Assembly (NCBI GenBank): GCA_973895155.1
Contig: OZ316891.1
Coordinates: 31,069,112-31,133,111, forward strand
Reading direction: 5' to 3'
Length of the DNA: 64,000 nucleotides
Origin: Marsupella aquatica
Taxonomy: Eukaryota; Plantae; Marchantiophyta
The notes under the pieces are model-generated. The model was not told the DNA's origin. It did no database searches and was given only the letters and a program-made list of their open reading frames with translations. Below, in pieces: positions 25,795 to 37,533 of this stretch. The position numbers were made by a program, and so were the translations under genes. The first letter of the stretch is position 1; each line of letters begins with the position of its first letter.

Positions 25795-27332
25795 TGTCGT
25801 GGGGATTCTTTGTTTAGTAAGTTCCTCCTAAGTATAGCTTAGTAGTATAGGATAGTAATTTAAATTCTCGCATATGCAGTCTATAGTGTGCATGCTACAG
25901 TGCACAACCTATAGTGTGCATGCTACAGTACACGGTCTACAGTATGCATGCTATATTGTTCGATCTACAGTGTGCATGCTACAGTGCAAGACCTACAGTG
26001 TACGATCTACAGTGTGCATGCTACAGTGTACATGCTACAGTGTACGATCTACAGTGTGCATGCTACAGTGTACATGCTACAATGTACGATCTACAGTGTG
26101 CATGCTATAGTGTACGATCTACAGTGTGCATGTTACAGTGTACGATCTACAGTATGCATGCTATAGTGTACGATCTACAGTGTGCATACTACAGTATATT
26201 GTCTACAGTTGCTCCACTCACGTAACTACAGTACTAGCACACTTACTTGCCTTGGATGTGTGACACATGACTTCCATCCGTGTGCTTGAGGTGTGAGCAC
26301 TATAAATAAAGAGGAGAGGGGCTCTCTCCCCTCACTCCCCATTTTTCATCAACTAAGTTGTGAAGTCTTAAAAATCCATTGGACTTGATGATCTCTTCTA
26401 TGAATATAACCCTTATGACGTAGACCCACTCATGCACTCTTGCTTAGAGCTTCAGCTCGGCCAGGGATATTTTGTATGAGTCGGACCTTCAGAAAGTGTT
26501 GTCATTTGATAGGAGATGGTTATTAAGTTCTAAAGAGTTGGAAAGTGCTCAACAATGCCTTGACATCATATGCTCCCTTTTGGATGAAATCCTTATGAAG
26601 TAGACCCACTCATGCACTCTTGCTTAGAGCTTCGGCTCGGCCAGAGGTATTTTGTATGAGTTGGACCTTTAGATAGTATTTTCATTCAAAAGAAGATCAA
26701 CCTATTAAGATAAACATCTACATGTATATACTTAGAGTTAACTCAATGCATGATATTTGTTTGAAATGGATGATCTTTTTGTTGAATGATTCTATCTCTT
26801 GTCATTAGAATGAAAATTAGTTGGATGGAATATTTGATAGTACGATAATGCCCAGACCAGTACCTATTCTTCCTCTCCCTAATCCTTTCCTTATTAGAAT
26901 TCATGTACTCCAAAAAGAGATAATGCGCCAGCATATGACTTTTCACTTTGGAGAAGCATTTGCAACTGCGGTATTAAATTCAATAGAGCCAATTGTATAC
27001 CCTTATGTAGTTTATGGGCAAGATTGGGCTTGCACAATTTTTATCTTGTATTGAGATGGATCTCAACAAACCTCCCTCCGATGAGCCTCCCGTTTCTTTC
27101 TCGTTGGGAGATATTCGTTTTGTAACTCGACCCAAGGTAGCTGCCAAGGAGGCAATAGTCCGTAGGTATGGAGAAAAGGGTTATGATGTTGTGCTTTCAT
27201 CCACGGAACCGTTCCTTGTGGTGTCTGCTACCCAGTCTAGAATAGTAATCATGATCTTAACTTAAGTTCTCTCTTGACACTAGCAGCCATAGGCCCGGTG
27301 CTTCCTCAAGAACCACATTTTTCCCCCAGACA
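25795..27332 (+). repeat. 3' LTR of element D
   Basis: Copy of 18327-19839, preceded by purine-rich AGTAGGGGTGATA. Confidence 0.95.
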
Positions 27333-27384
27333 CCGTCTAAGCTGAAGTCTGAGTTAAGGCCGAAGCCTACGACGTGACACAATT

Positions 27385-29960
27385 ACACCACAAGGAGGGA
27401 GAGAACATTCAACGTCGGTTATGGCCTACGAGCGCCAGAGGAAAAGGCCATCCAAGAACTCCTATCGGAATATGAGGACGTCTTTGCATGGAGTCACCGA
27501 GACTTAACCGGGATTTCACCAGCCTACGGTGAACACATCATTGATCTAAACTTAGGTGCGCATGCCGTCCGAGAGAGACAACGAAGACTAAACCCAAGAC
27601 ATTCCATCTTGGTAAAGGAGGAGTTAGATCAACTGATCGTGGCGGACATAATCTACCCCGTCTTATCTAGCGAATGGGTGTCCCCCATTGTGGTGGTTCC
27701 TAAGAAGGTAGGGCCTGATGGTAAACTCAAAATTTGAATATGCCAAGACTATCGGAAAGACCATTACCCACTTCCTTACACGGATATGGTCCTTGACATG
27801 GTAGCCCGAAATGAGGTGTACACGTTCTTAGATGGATATTCGGGTTATAACCAGATTTGGATCAGACTATCGGACCAGCTCAAAACCACGTTCATAACAG
27901 AGTGGGGAACCTACGCGTTCAGGCGAATGCCCTTTGGCTTATGCAATGCTCCGGCTATGTTCCAGCGAATCATTATGAATATTTTTCATGACTTCTTACA
28001 AGAATTTTTGGAGGTGTTCATAGATGATTTCGCCATCTTCGGAACAATCGCCCAACACCCCGAACACCTGAGGCGGACTTTGGAGCGGTGCCGAGAAGTA
28101 GGGTTGAAATTACATCCGGGCAAATGCTTCTTCGGGGTAACGGAAGGAGTGCTACTAGGACACCGAGTGTCCAAATGGGGGATCGAGGTGGACCAAGAGA
28201 AGGTGGCTGTGTGGATGAATGTCCCTTACCCAACGGACCAGAAGGCGGTGCGATCCTTCTTAGGATGCGTGGGGTACTACCGACGATTCATTCAGGACTT
28301 CGCTAAGATAGCCCTACCCCTCACAGAAATCATGAAGCAAGACGCGGTCATAGAAATGACTCCCCGTCGGAAATCAGCCTTTGACAAACTAAAAAACCAG
28401 CTAACAATGGCTCCGATTCTGACTACCCCCGATTGGAACAAGGAGTTCCATGTGTATGTCGACGTGTCTGGGTTCTGCATCGGCTCAATCCTAAGCCAAC
28501 TGGACGACCAAAAACGTGACCACCCCATTTACTTTGCGAGCCGACAACTGTTTACCGCAGAGAAAAACTATTCGCCCACCGATCGAGAGGCCTTGGGAAT
28601 CATCTACTCGTGTAAAAAGTTTCGCCATTATCTATTGGGATATAAGGTAGTATTCCATACTGACCATGATAGCCTGAAGTACATGGTAAACAAAGCAGAC
28701 TTAACGGGGAGAATAGCCCGTTGGGTCCTGCTGCTCCAAGAATTTAACTACGAAGTCAGGGTGCGACCAGGGAAAGCTCACGTAAATGCGGACTTCTTCT
28801 TGAGGATTGAAGGGGAATCGGACGACGCACCTGTCGATGATGCATTCCCGGATGAGGAGTTATTCCGCATAGAAACGGACCAACTAACATGGTACGGGGA
28901 CCTAATCACCTTCCTCTTAACGGCCCGCATTCCAAATAACATAAACCAAGAGGCCACGTCGGTCTTTTTGCGCAAGGCCGCACCATACATGATGATCCGC
29001 GGACATCTGCATAAGGAAGGCGTCGATGGGAAGATCCGCAGATGCCTAGATTATAACGAGACGATCATTGTCATGCGAGCTATGCACGAGGAAGAGGCAG
29101 GAGGACACTTCGCCCCGGTCACCACGGCTCACAAAATCTTGGACGCAGGTTATTGGTGGCCTACGCTTCATCATGACGTAGCCCATTTTATCTGAGGTTG
29201 TGACTTGTGTCAGCGCGCAGGCAAACCTCGCAGGTCGGGTAATCATCCTCTTACCCCAATCTTTCCCCTTGCCCCGTTTGAGAAATGGGGCATCGATTAT
29301 ATAGGACCATTCACTCCGGTAACCCGAGGTCGGCGTTGCCGGTACATCCTTCTTGCTATCGACTACTCGACTAAATGGGTCGAGGCCCAGGCAACGGTCA
29401 AGGATGACGCGGCCACCACAGCCAGGTTCCTATACGAACAGATCTTCACCCGCTTCGGACCTCCCTTAGAATTAGTCAGCGACCGCGGGACTCATTTTTT
29501 GAACGAAACGATGGAAAAACTGACTGACCGTTACCTCATCAAGCACAGGAAGACTAGTCCTTATCATCCCAAACGTAACGGACTAGCAGAGCAGGCTAAT
29601 GGCATTGTAGGAAAAATTCTCAACAAAACCGTGGTAGCCCACAAAACAGACTGGGATGACAAGCTTTTTGCGGCGGTCTATTCGTACAACTTGGCGTTTA
29701 AGACTACTACAAACCATAGTCCGTATTTCTTGGTGTTCGGACAACATGCGCTAGTACCTGTCGAGTTCGAGGTCAAGACCCCGCGGGTGCGCATCCGCCA
29801 CAGACTACCGGAGGCCGCTAGTTCGTCCGATCGAGCATATAAGATCGACAGTCTAGAAGAACAGAGATTGTGGGCATCGCGACGCGTAACTGCCAAGCAA
29901 GAAGCAACGAAGAAACAACACGACAAGGGACTGCGCCCGGTGGACATCACTACGGGAGAT
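27385..29960 (+). pseudogene. pol (RT-RNaseH-integrase) of element A, C-terminally truncated
   Basis: LDGYSGYNQI, MPFGL, FIDD; RNaseH YVDVS; PFEKWGIDYIGP, SDRGTHF; stops and a small deletion; breaks off at ITTGD. Confidence 0.92.
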
Positions 29961-30783
29961 TGTGACGCCAATGACATGGTCCTTATTTTGTAATCTGATT
30001 AAGTAGGTTGCTGTATGCAAGGAGTAGCTATTGATATTGCATAACAATTAGCAAGATGGCAAGAATAAGGGCAATCATGGCGTTAAGAGTAGGGAAATAA
30101 AAGCTATGTCGTAGGTGGTCGGCGACCATATCTCTTTCAATATGTCACCAAATCCGGATCTGTAAAGAGCATTGGAAAGATCTGGTCAAGGCGAGTAAAA
30201 TCGATATAAAACACTCGGGAAACGGAGGTGTATTAAGAAAGATACGGCCTGATTAGTGTGACGGGTTAACTTGTGGCCGGAATTAGCGGATTCGGCTTCA
30301 GTTTCAGGACACCCAAGCTCGACCACGGCTTAGCTTATGTGAGCACGGCTTCAGCTTAGCTTAGGTCAGCACGGCTTCAGCTTAGCTCAGGTAAGCACGG
30401 CTTCAGCTTAGCTTAGGTAAGCACAGCTTCAGCTTAGGCTTAACCCGGGTTCGGATTAGATTGATCCCGGGTTAGACTTAACTCGGGGTCAGGTTAGCAT
30501 AGGTAAGCTCGGGTTCGGGCTCAGCTTAGGTTAGGATAGCGGATAGCGGATAGCGGGTGACGGCCTAACCCGAGACCACGGGTTAGCTCTACTCGGGTTA
30601 GATAGGATAGCTAGGTTAGCCGAACTCGGGTTAGCTATGTAACTCGGGTTAGCGCAACAGTTAGTACCCCCTCTCGGTTACGGGGGCACACACACCTCCT
30701 TGCCCAAACCCTCACCCTTACTGGTGGTCGAGGTCGCACCATGGCACTAAACTGGATTTAAGGCCCAGGTTAGCGGCGCGACA
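29961..30783 (+). repeat. LTR-like segment F replacing the 3' LTR of A
   Basis: Starts TGTGAC exactly where integrase similarity ends; only the last 94 bp match the 5' LTR; internal 26-bp (agcacggcttcagcttagcttaggt(c/a)) and GGATAGC repeats. Confidence 0.7.
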
Positions 30784-30886
30784 CAAATTTGGTTCTTTGT
30801 ATAAATAAATCCTAAACCCTAAACCCTAAAACACTTGTCTCATTGTGGGTCTCTTCTAATATTTATGTATGTTTGTGAACTGCTAG

Positions 30887-33800
30887 AATGCGTATGTTCA
30901 ACCAGATGTGGGGGTATTATCACGAGCAATGCGGCAACACCTTGTCGAGGCCATGGAAGATTGGCGTAGGGCTCAAGCTTCAGCGAATGAAGATATCCCT
31001 CCTGAGCAAGTATCTAATGCCACCAATGACAGACTTGAGGATGAGAGGGCCATGGATGATCTCATGCACCAGTTCTATGACGTAGAGGATGGTGACCATG
31101 GTATGGGTGATGCATTTGACACCACAATACATGCTCATCGATCATGACATTCCTTCACGTCGAGGTTCCCACTCTAGACAATGGGAGGAAGCTCGTGACC
31201 ATGCACAAACAAGGATTTTTGAGGGGTCACAACTGTCTTGACTATCAGGAATAATGTTATTGTTGAACTTGCAACAAAGACATGGTGCAAGCAATCTCCT
31301 TCTTGATGATCTTTTCAGGACTTTGCATAGTCGGATTTTACCAGAAGGGAACTGCTTGCCTAGTTCCTGGAAAGGAGCAAAAAAGGTGTTGAAATCCATA
31401 GGTCTCAAATACGAAGTCATACATGCTTGTGTGAATGCTCGGGGGTCTCACTACATGGGGACCTCCCCATCACCTGCGACGTTTTTAGGCCATGGGCCCC
31501 CTAAAATGTAAGAATTTTATTTTATTTTTTAACCCCTATAAAGTTGGAATATTCTTGGAATATTCCAAAAATTGAATTAAAAAGGCCCTAATGTTCTTAT
31601 AAGTCTCAAAATTGAATTTGAAAGACCCTATTGTTCTTCTACAAAAATTCTTAAGTCTTCCCTTACAACCAATAAAATGACCCTATCCTTCGTCGCACGT
31701 GATATGCCATTTTTGTGGAAGTGAAACCCCCGAGTGTGAATGATTGTGGTCTCTTTAGGGGGGAACACAAAGATGCCACTACATGTCCTACATGTAACCA
31801 ACCGAGGTATCGAGAGGACATGCTCACTGGAAAAGTAGCACAGAAGGTCATGAGGTATTTTCCTCTTATCCCTAGATTATGGCACCAGTACCGATGTGCG
31901 GAGTTGGCTGAGTATATGGTGTGGCATTCCAAGAACCGGTCAGATATGACTTCAGATCCGCCCACCATGCGTATGATGGTGGACTCACCTGCCAATAGGT
32001 TTGTGGAGGACCGTGGGGTGAGTTCAAGACAAATCCACGTCATGTACGTCTAGGTTTGGCATCAGATGGGATCAGCCCCTTTGCATTGGCAGGGAAGGCC
32101 CAACCATACTCAGTTTGGCCAGTAGTCCTTACAAATTATAACATCCCTCCATGGATGGCCATGAAGAAGGGTCATTTGCTGCTCTCAATGATTATCCCAA
32201 GCCCCAAACAAGTAAAAAAGATTGATGTTTACTTGCAACCATTGTTGGAGGAGCTTCAACAACTATGGAGAGGAGTGGATTGCTGTGATGGTCGAGTGCT
32301 TTAGGGTTTAGGGTGAATTTAAATTGAAAGCCATCTGTATGTGGACCATACACGATCTTCCGGGTATGTGGAAATATACCTCACCCCATATAAATTATGC
32401 ATGGTTTGTCATTTCTGGATAATATACCTCACCCCATATTAATTATGCCTTGGTTTATCATATATTGGACCCCTGGCCATTGTTTAATGTATGCAGTGGG
32501 TGTGAACATTGTAGGGTTTGGATATATCTCTGGGTTGCAGGTCTCAGGATACCGAGCTTGCCCAACTTGTGGGCCCAATTTGGAGGGAGTGGCGCGCCCA
32601 AAGTCTACCACCCTACGGAAGATAGTTTACATTGGTCACACAAAGTATCTCCCCCAGAGCATGAATGGAGGCGTGACCCATTCTTATACGATACAGATGA
32701 TGGCCAACCAGACACACGCCCTCAACCAGTGCCAAGGGATCCACATTATTGGAAAGATGTATGGGATAGAGTGACAGACCCAGATGATCCATTACAATTG
32801 GCCTGATGTGGCATGACTCGATTGTCTGCATTAACGTCAAAGCTGCCATATTGGGCTAAGATGCCAATTAACCATTTGTTTGACCCTATGCACATTGAGG
32901 GGAATATTGGGAGGTTATTGATTTGCCATCTATATGGAGAGAAAGACAACAACTGGAGAGAGAGTTGTGAGGAGATGGGGATGCATGGCCCTCATGGGTT
33001 TTGGTCATCTATGGATCCTCCTAATGACCCCCTGACTATTCACCCTCCTTGGGTATTGACCAGAGGTGAGCGGACTGAGTTTCGCAAACGTATAGGGTCA
33101 ATGAGGTTTCCCACAGGTTATGGTGCCAATCTTCGTAAGGCATTTGGGGGTGATGATTCTCCAAAATGGCCATCTTACCTGAAAACACATGATTTCATCG
33201 GTTACTTGAACATGTCATTCCAGTTGCAATTATTGGATTGGGTAGTGAGGATCTTCAAGATGCCCTATGGTCATTAGGTAAGCTCTTGAGGTGGGTGTGT
33301 CAGAAAGAGGTGAATGAGGATGAGATTGCAGCGATGGACCTTTTTGGAGTGGAGGTATTGTGCAAGTTGGAGAGGGCACTCCCTCCTTCATTCTTTGATG
33401 GTCAAGTTCACTTCCTCCTCCACCTAGTGCGTGAGGTTGCGATTGCAGGGCCGGTACATTGTCGTTGGATGTACTAGGTAGAGCGGTATATGGGAGTGAT
33501 GAAGTCATATGTGTCAAATCGTGCAAGAGTGGAAGGTAGCATTGTTGAGCGTCATCTTGGAGCAGAGAGCATGTTTTATTGTACAAACATTGTAGCTACA
33601 CTTGATCCCAAAGCTCCAAGGGGCTGGATAGACAAGGCATCAAGGGAAGCAGACTTTGAGGATGACCGTCTCACAGGGGCAAAGGGATAACGAGTTATGG
33701 GCTCAACTGAGCGTCTTCAACTTACTACATTTATGTTGTATAACTCGCCTGAGATTGTGGGAGATTGGACAACTTTTTATGAGGAGGAAAAGGCAAATAG

Positions 33801-33954
33801 TCGTCGGTCACGCAACTTCCCCAAGTTTGTCCCATACATGAGGGCAAAGTTGACAGAGATTGATGCCTTGTTGGAGCAAGGGGAGAGTGTGTCAGACTTC
33901 TCTTTGGTTACAGACAGTCTTCGCACCTTGGTTCATGGACCATCATCATCATGA
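30887..33954 (+). pseudogene. CACTA Tnp2 transposase (Transposase_21 and DUF4218 regions), 3'-truncated
   Basis: LPEGNCLPSS..IHACVNDC..CPTCNQPRY, KVMRYFPLIPRL, ASDGISPF, YSVWPV..YNIPPW, DVYLQPL, HDLPG (intron 32364-32514), DPMHIEGN, LKTHDF, FFDGQVH..GPVHCRWMY; stops and frameshifts. Confidence 0.93.
31438..31734. mobile_element. MITE (297 bp) in the transposase
   Basis: TIR ctcgggggtctcact / agtgaaacccccgag; 8-bp TSD TGTGAATG; its removal restores HACVNDCGLF. Confidence 0.9.
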
Positions 33955-35798
33955 GCCATCAGATGATGATGATGATGATGATGGTGATGGTCCATGAATC
34001 ATGAGCCATCAGATTTTCTTGAAGTTTTTGTGTATTCTAACTTGGATTGATTGACCAGGAGTGTCAAAGTGATATACTTAGTTCTCTTTAAAAGATAGTA
34101 CATGAGATGATTCTTATGTGTCATTCTTAGGTGATATCATCTAAAATGTGTCTTTACCCCAAACGTTTTCTAGGGCGTGGATGTTGCATATTATGAATGA
34201 ATGGGCAAATGAATTTGATTACCTTGATGAGTGAATTATTTTGGTACTGGATTACCCCACCTTTTTGCAGGATTTTTCTCTTGGACACTAGGATAACAAA
34301 ATCCATGATGAGTCAAATACTTCTATACTATATTACCCAACCAACTTCTTTCTAGGGCTTGGATGTTGCATACTATGAGTGAACGGGCAAATGAATTTGA
34401 TTACCTTGATGAGTGAATTACTTGGATATTTGTCGTGCGCATAAACATCCCTACACAACATATATCGTTTGTCACACATATTTAAGCATAGTCACGATCA
34501 ACATCACAAACATAAGAGAATGGAGTACAAGTGGAACTCCTATCCACACATGTCCCAAACCCACAATAATCTTCAAGAGCAATCAAACAGCGATTGATGT
34601 CAATCAAACACAAAATCCTGTTTGAGCCAATCACACACTTATGTCAAGCCAAACGCACTTTCCGCCTCAAGAAATCCACATTACGTACACACATCCTAGA
34701 CAGCCACACCATAGCCGTTAGAGCTTTGCTTGAAAGGCTCAACATCAAAAGATGAGATCTTTGAGCCAACACAAAGAGATATAACTATCCCTCACAAACA
34801 TACACCTAACCCTAAAACACTTAGATAACACACATATGAAAGCCTCAAACCTACATAGTCCGATATCCTATACTACCACTCATACTGGTGTGACAAATTA
34901 CTCCAACTTTTATAGGGTTTAAATGTTACACACCAGAATAATATCAATTCTCATTAGGGAATTGTGTTGATACTAGATTACCCCAACTTTTGTAGGGCTT
35001 GGATGTTTCACACTAGAATAAGATTACCCTAATCACAATAGTTCATAGTGGATTTTGTGATTGCCAATCATTGGTCATATTTTAGTTGAAGTTGCCATAT
35101 TTTGAAGTTTAATTAGCATCTTGAGATTTTTTACATTGAGTTGCTTGCATGGATCAAGTTAGTTTGCTTGGGTTCATTAATAGTCAATTAATATTGGTTA
35201 CTTGTATGCATCAAGGTAGTTTGGTTTGTTTGTTGCTAGTCAATTGATAATTGGGGCTTGTATTGATCAAAGTACTAGCTTGGTTGGATTTGTTTACTTG
35301 TCAGATAAACTGGGCTCTTTACCAGACTCCAACAAGGATGCTTGAATCAAGGTAGCTTGATAAGATCAAGAAAACCTATGTGATTGCTCTTCCCAACACT
35401 AGAAGAAAACAGGGCCCTTTATGACCAATCACCCAATGACAGAGATGAATAAATGACCAAAATTTCTAATGACACAAAAAGAATGACAGGGGAATGACTA
35501 TCCACAATGACCAATAGACTGAAATGACAAAATGTTAACTTTTGTGTCATTTTGTATAATGTCTGTAATGACTGATGCGACCAAAATGACCCAATTTTCC
35601 TAAGTGGTCAATTTAGACACGTGTCTTAAATGACGCAAATGATAACAACAATGATAAATCAGTGTTTAGCAACATTATAGTCACTCTAGACAATGATAGA
35701 AAAGACCAAAAATCTATTTAGGTCATTTTGGACAACGGTGATAAATGACAAAAAATGTATTACCGTCATTTTAACCAACGGTGTTAAATGACAAAATA

Positions 35799-36213
35799 TA
35801 GGGTCAATCTGAAAATGAGAATATATCAATGTTTACAACAACATATTGTCATTATGGACTCCTCCCATAAATGACTAACTCTAGGGTCAATCTTGAAATT
35901 AGGACATATCAGTGTTTACAAGAACATACCGTCATTATGGACTTCTCTCATAAATGACTAACTCTAGGGTCAATCTTGAAATTAGGATATATCAGTGTTT
36001 ACAAGAACATACTGTCATTATGGACTTCTCTCATAAATGACTAATTCCATAGTCATTCTTGAAATTAGGATATATCGGTGTTTACAATAACATACTGTCA
36101 TTATGGACTTGTCGCATAAATGACTAAATATAGGGTCAATCTAAAAATTACGTTATTCAATGTTTACAATAACATACAGTCATTATGGACTTATTGCATA
36201 AATGACTATTTAT
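35799..36213. repeat. 83-bp tandem repeat, about 5 copies
   Basis: agggtcaatc...tgtttaca..aacatac.gtcattatggact...cataaatgacta recurring at ~35800, 35883, 35966, 36049, 36132. Confidence 0.85.
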
Positions 36214-37533
36214 AGAGTCATTAAAGAACCCAAGAGATATGAAAATTAAAATACTCAATAGTCATTCCAGACACCGGTCATAATTGTAGAGTCATTGATA
36301 TGGTTGATAACCCTTCCACTAAGTGCGGGACACAATACTCATCATTGTCCTCCCACTAGTTGCGGATTAGCAATTTGAACACATGTCTTGCATTTACTTT
36401 AGGCATGATGCACCTAGCTTTGGGGAAATCACTCCCAAGTCATACACCTTTGGAGTGATTTTCCAGAACTGTCACCATATATAGATGTGCGCATACTATC
36501 GTATCCAAAGGCAAATGAAACTTTATTGTCTCTCCAAGAAGTAGGGCAATACCAATGGAAGGTTGTCATCCTTTGTTGTAATTGTGTCATGTTTGTGCCT
36601 TTGTTTGGATGGGGAATATTCTATTTTGAAAATGAATAGTGACAGGGCAATGAAGGATGTAGTGTAATCTTTATTGGGTCATTTTTAGACAAATTTGTGT
36701 CATAATGCCAATGACTACAAGTAGAGTCATTAAACTGTCATATGGTATGTCATATCGGTCAAGTGACGAGACTTGTGGTCATTTGTGTGGTCCCTCATGC
36801 AGTCATTAAACACAAGCACAAATGACCAGTTTGGGGCTAGGGGCTGGAGATGGGCCCTAGAGTGCCATGGGGCCCCACATAGAGGTGAGAACCCCTCCAC
36901 TAGGTGCGGGACACTATACTCATCATTGTCCAACCACTAGTTGCGACATAAACACTTTGGACACATGTTTTTGCGTTTACTTAAGGCATGATGCACCTTT
37001 GGGGAAATCACTCCCAAGTCGTATGACTTTGGAGTGATTTTCCAAAAGTATCACCATGCATGCATACCATCACATCCAAAGGCAAATAAAAGTTGTTTTT
37101 TGGTTCCCCAAGAGGTAGTGATGCACCAATGGAATGGGCAAGGGAGTCGTGCTTCTCAGTATGGTGTGGGTGCGGGTTTAGCGAAGAGGAATATTCCAAT
37201 CTTGCAAGGAATCTAGAGTTGGCTCTAGTTGGAGGTACTAGGGCCTTTATTGGGTCATATGTGAGCAATGGCCCATCATAAATGCCAATGACTAAAAGTA
37301 GGGTCATTAAAATTGTCATATGGAGTGTCATATCAGTCTAATGACTGGATTTGTGGTCATTTGAGGGGTCCCTTATGCAGTCATTAAGGAAAAGCACAAA
37401 TGATCAGTTTGGGGCTAGGGGCTTGAGGTGGGCCCTAGAGTGCCATGGGGCCCCACATAGAGGTGAGAACCCCTCCACTGGGTGCGGGACACTATACTCA
37501 TCATTGTCCAACCACTAGTTGCGACATAAACAC

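Larger units (their letters stand above)
18327..27332 (+). mobile_element. Full-length gypsy LTR retrotransposon D, fungal-like (Ylt1/DUF4100-type) lineage, inactivated by point mutations
   Basis: Paired LTRs TGT..ACA, 4-bp TSD CCGT (18323-18326 / 27333-27336), PBS, PPT, gag-PR-RT-RH-IN. Confidence 0.92.
13093..27379 (+). mobile_element. Solo LTR C (~3.3 kb after removing two nested insertions), ORF-containing
   Basis: TGTGAT start, GTGACA end, TSD CAATT (13088-13092 / 27380-27384); its removal restores A pol (..KEHYGNYTTRRERTFNVG..VFAWSH). Confidence 0.85.
6535..30783 (+). mobile_element. Gypsy non-chromovirus LTR retrotransposon A (degenerate, with nested insertions and a chimeric 3' end)
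   Basis: TGTGAC start, GCGACA end, 5-bp TSD CAAAT (6530-6534 / 30784-30788); gag-PR-RT-RH-IN order. Confidence 0.9.
516..33990 (+). mobile_element. CACTA/EnSpm DNA transposon 1 (left terminus through truncated transposase; right terminus not identified), interrupted by a 24-kb LTR stack
   Basis: CACTAGTACATT at 516 followed by dense ATCGGA/TCCGAT subterminal motifs; TnpA-like gene on minus strand and Tnp2-like transposase at 30887-33954. Confidence 0.8.

Noticed and set aside
30811-30830. Telomere remnant (CCCTAAA repeats), also the tract near 1010
   Set aside because: Only 2-3 units; better explained as telo-box-like motifs inside the transposon
34883-34893. Right TIR of CACTA 1 (TACTGGTG followed by TGA, matching the left flank TGA)
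   Set aside because: Only 7 of 8 bp match, no extension of complementarity and no subterminal repeat cluster; could be chance
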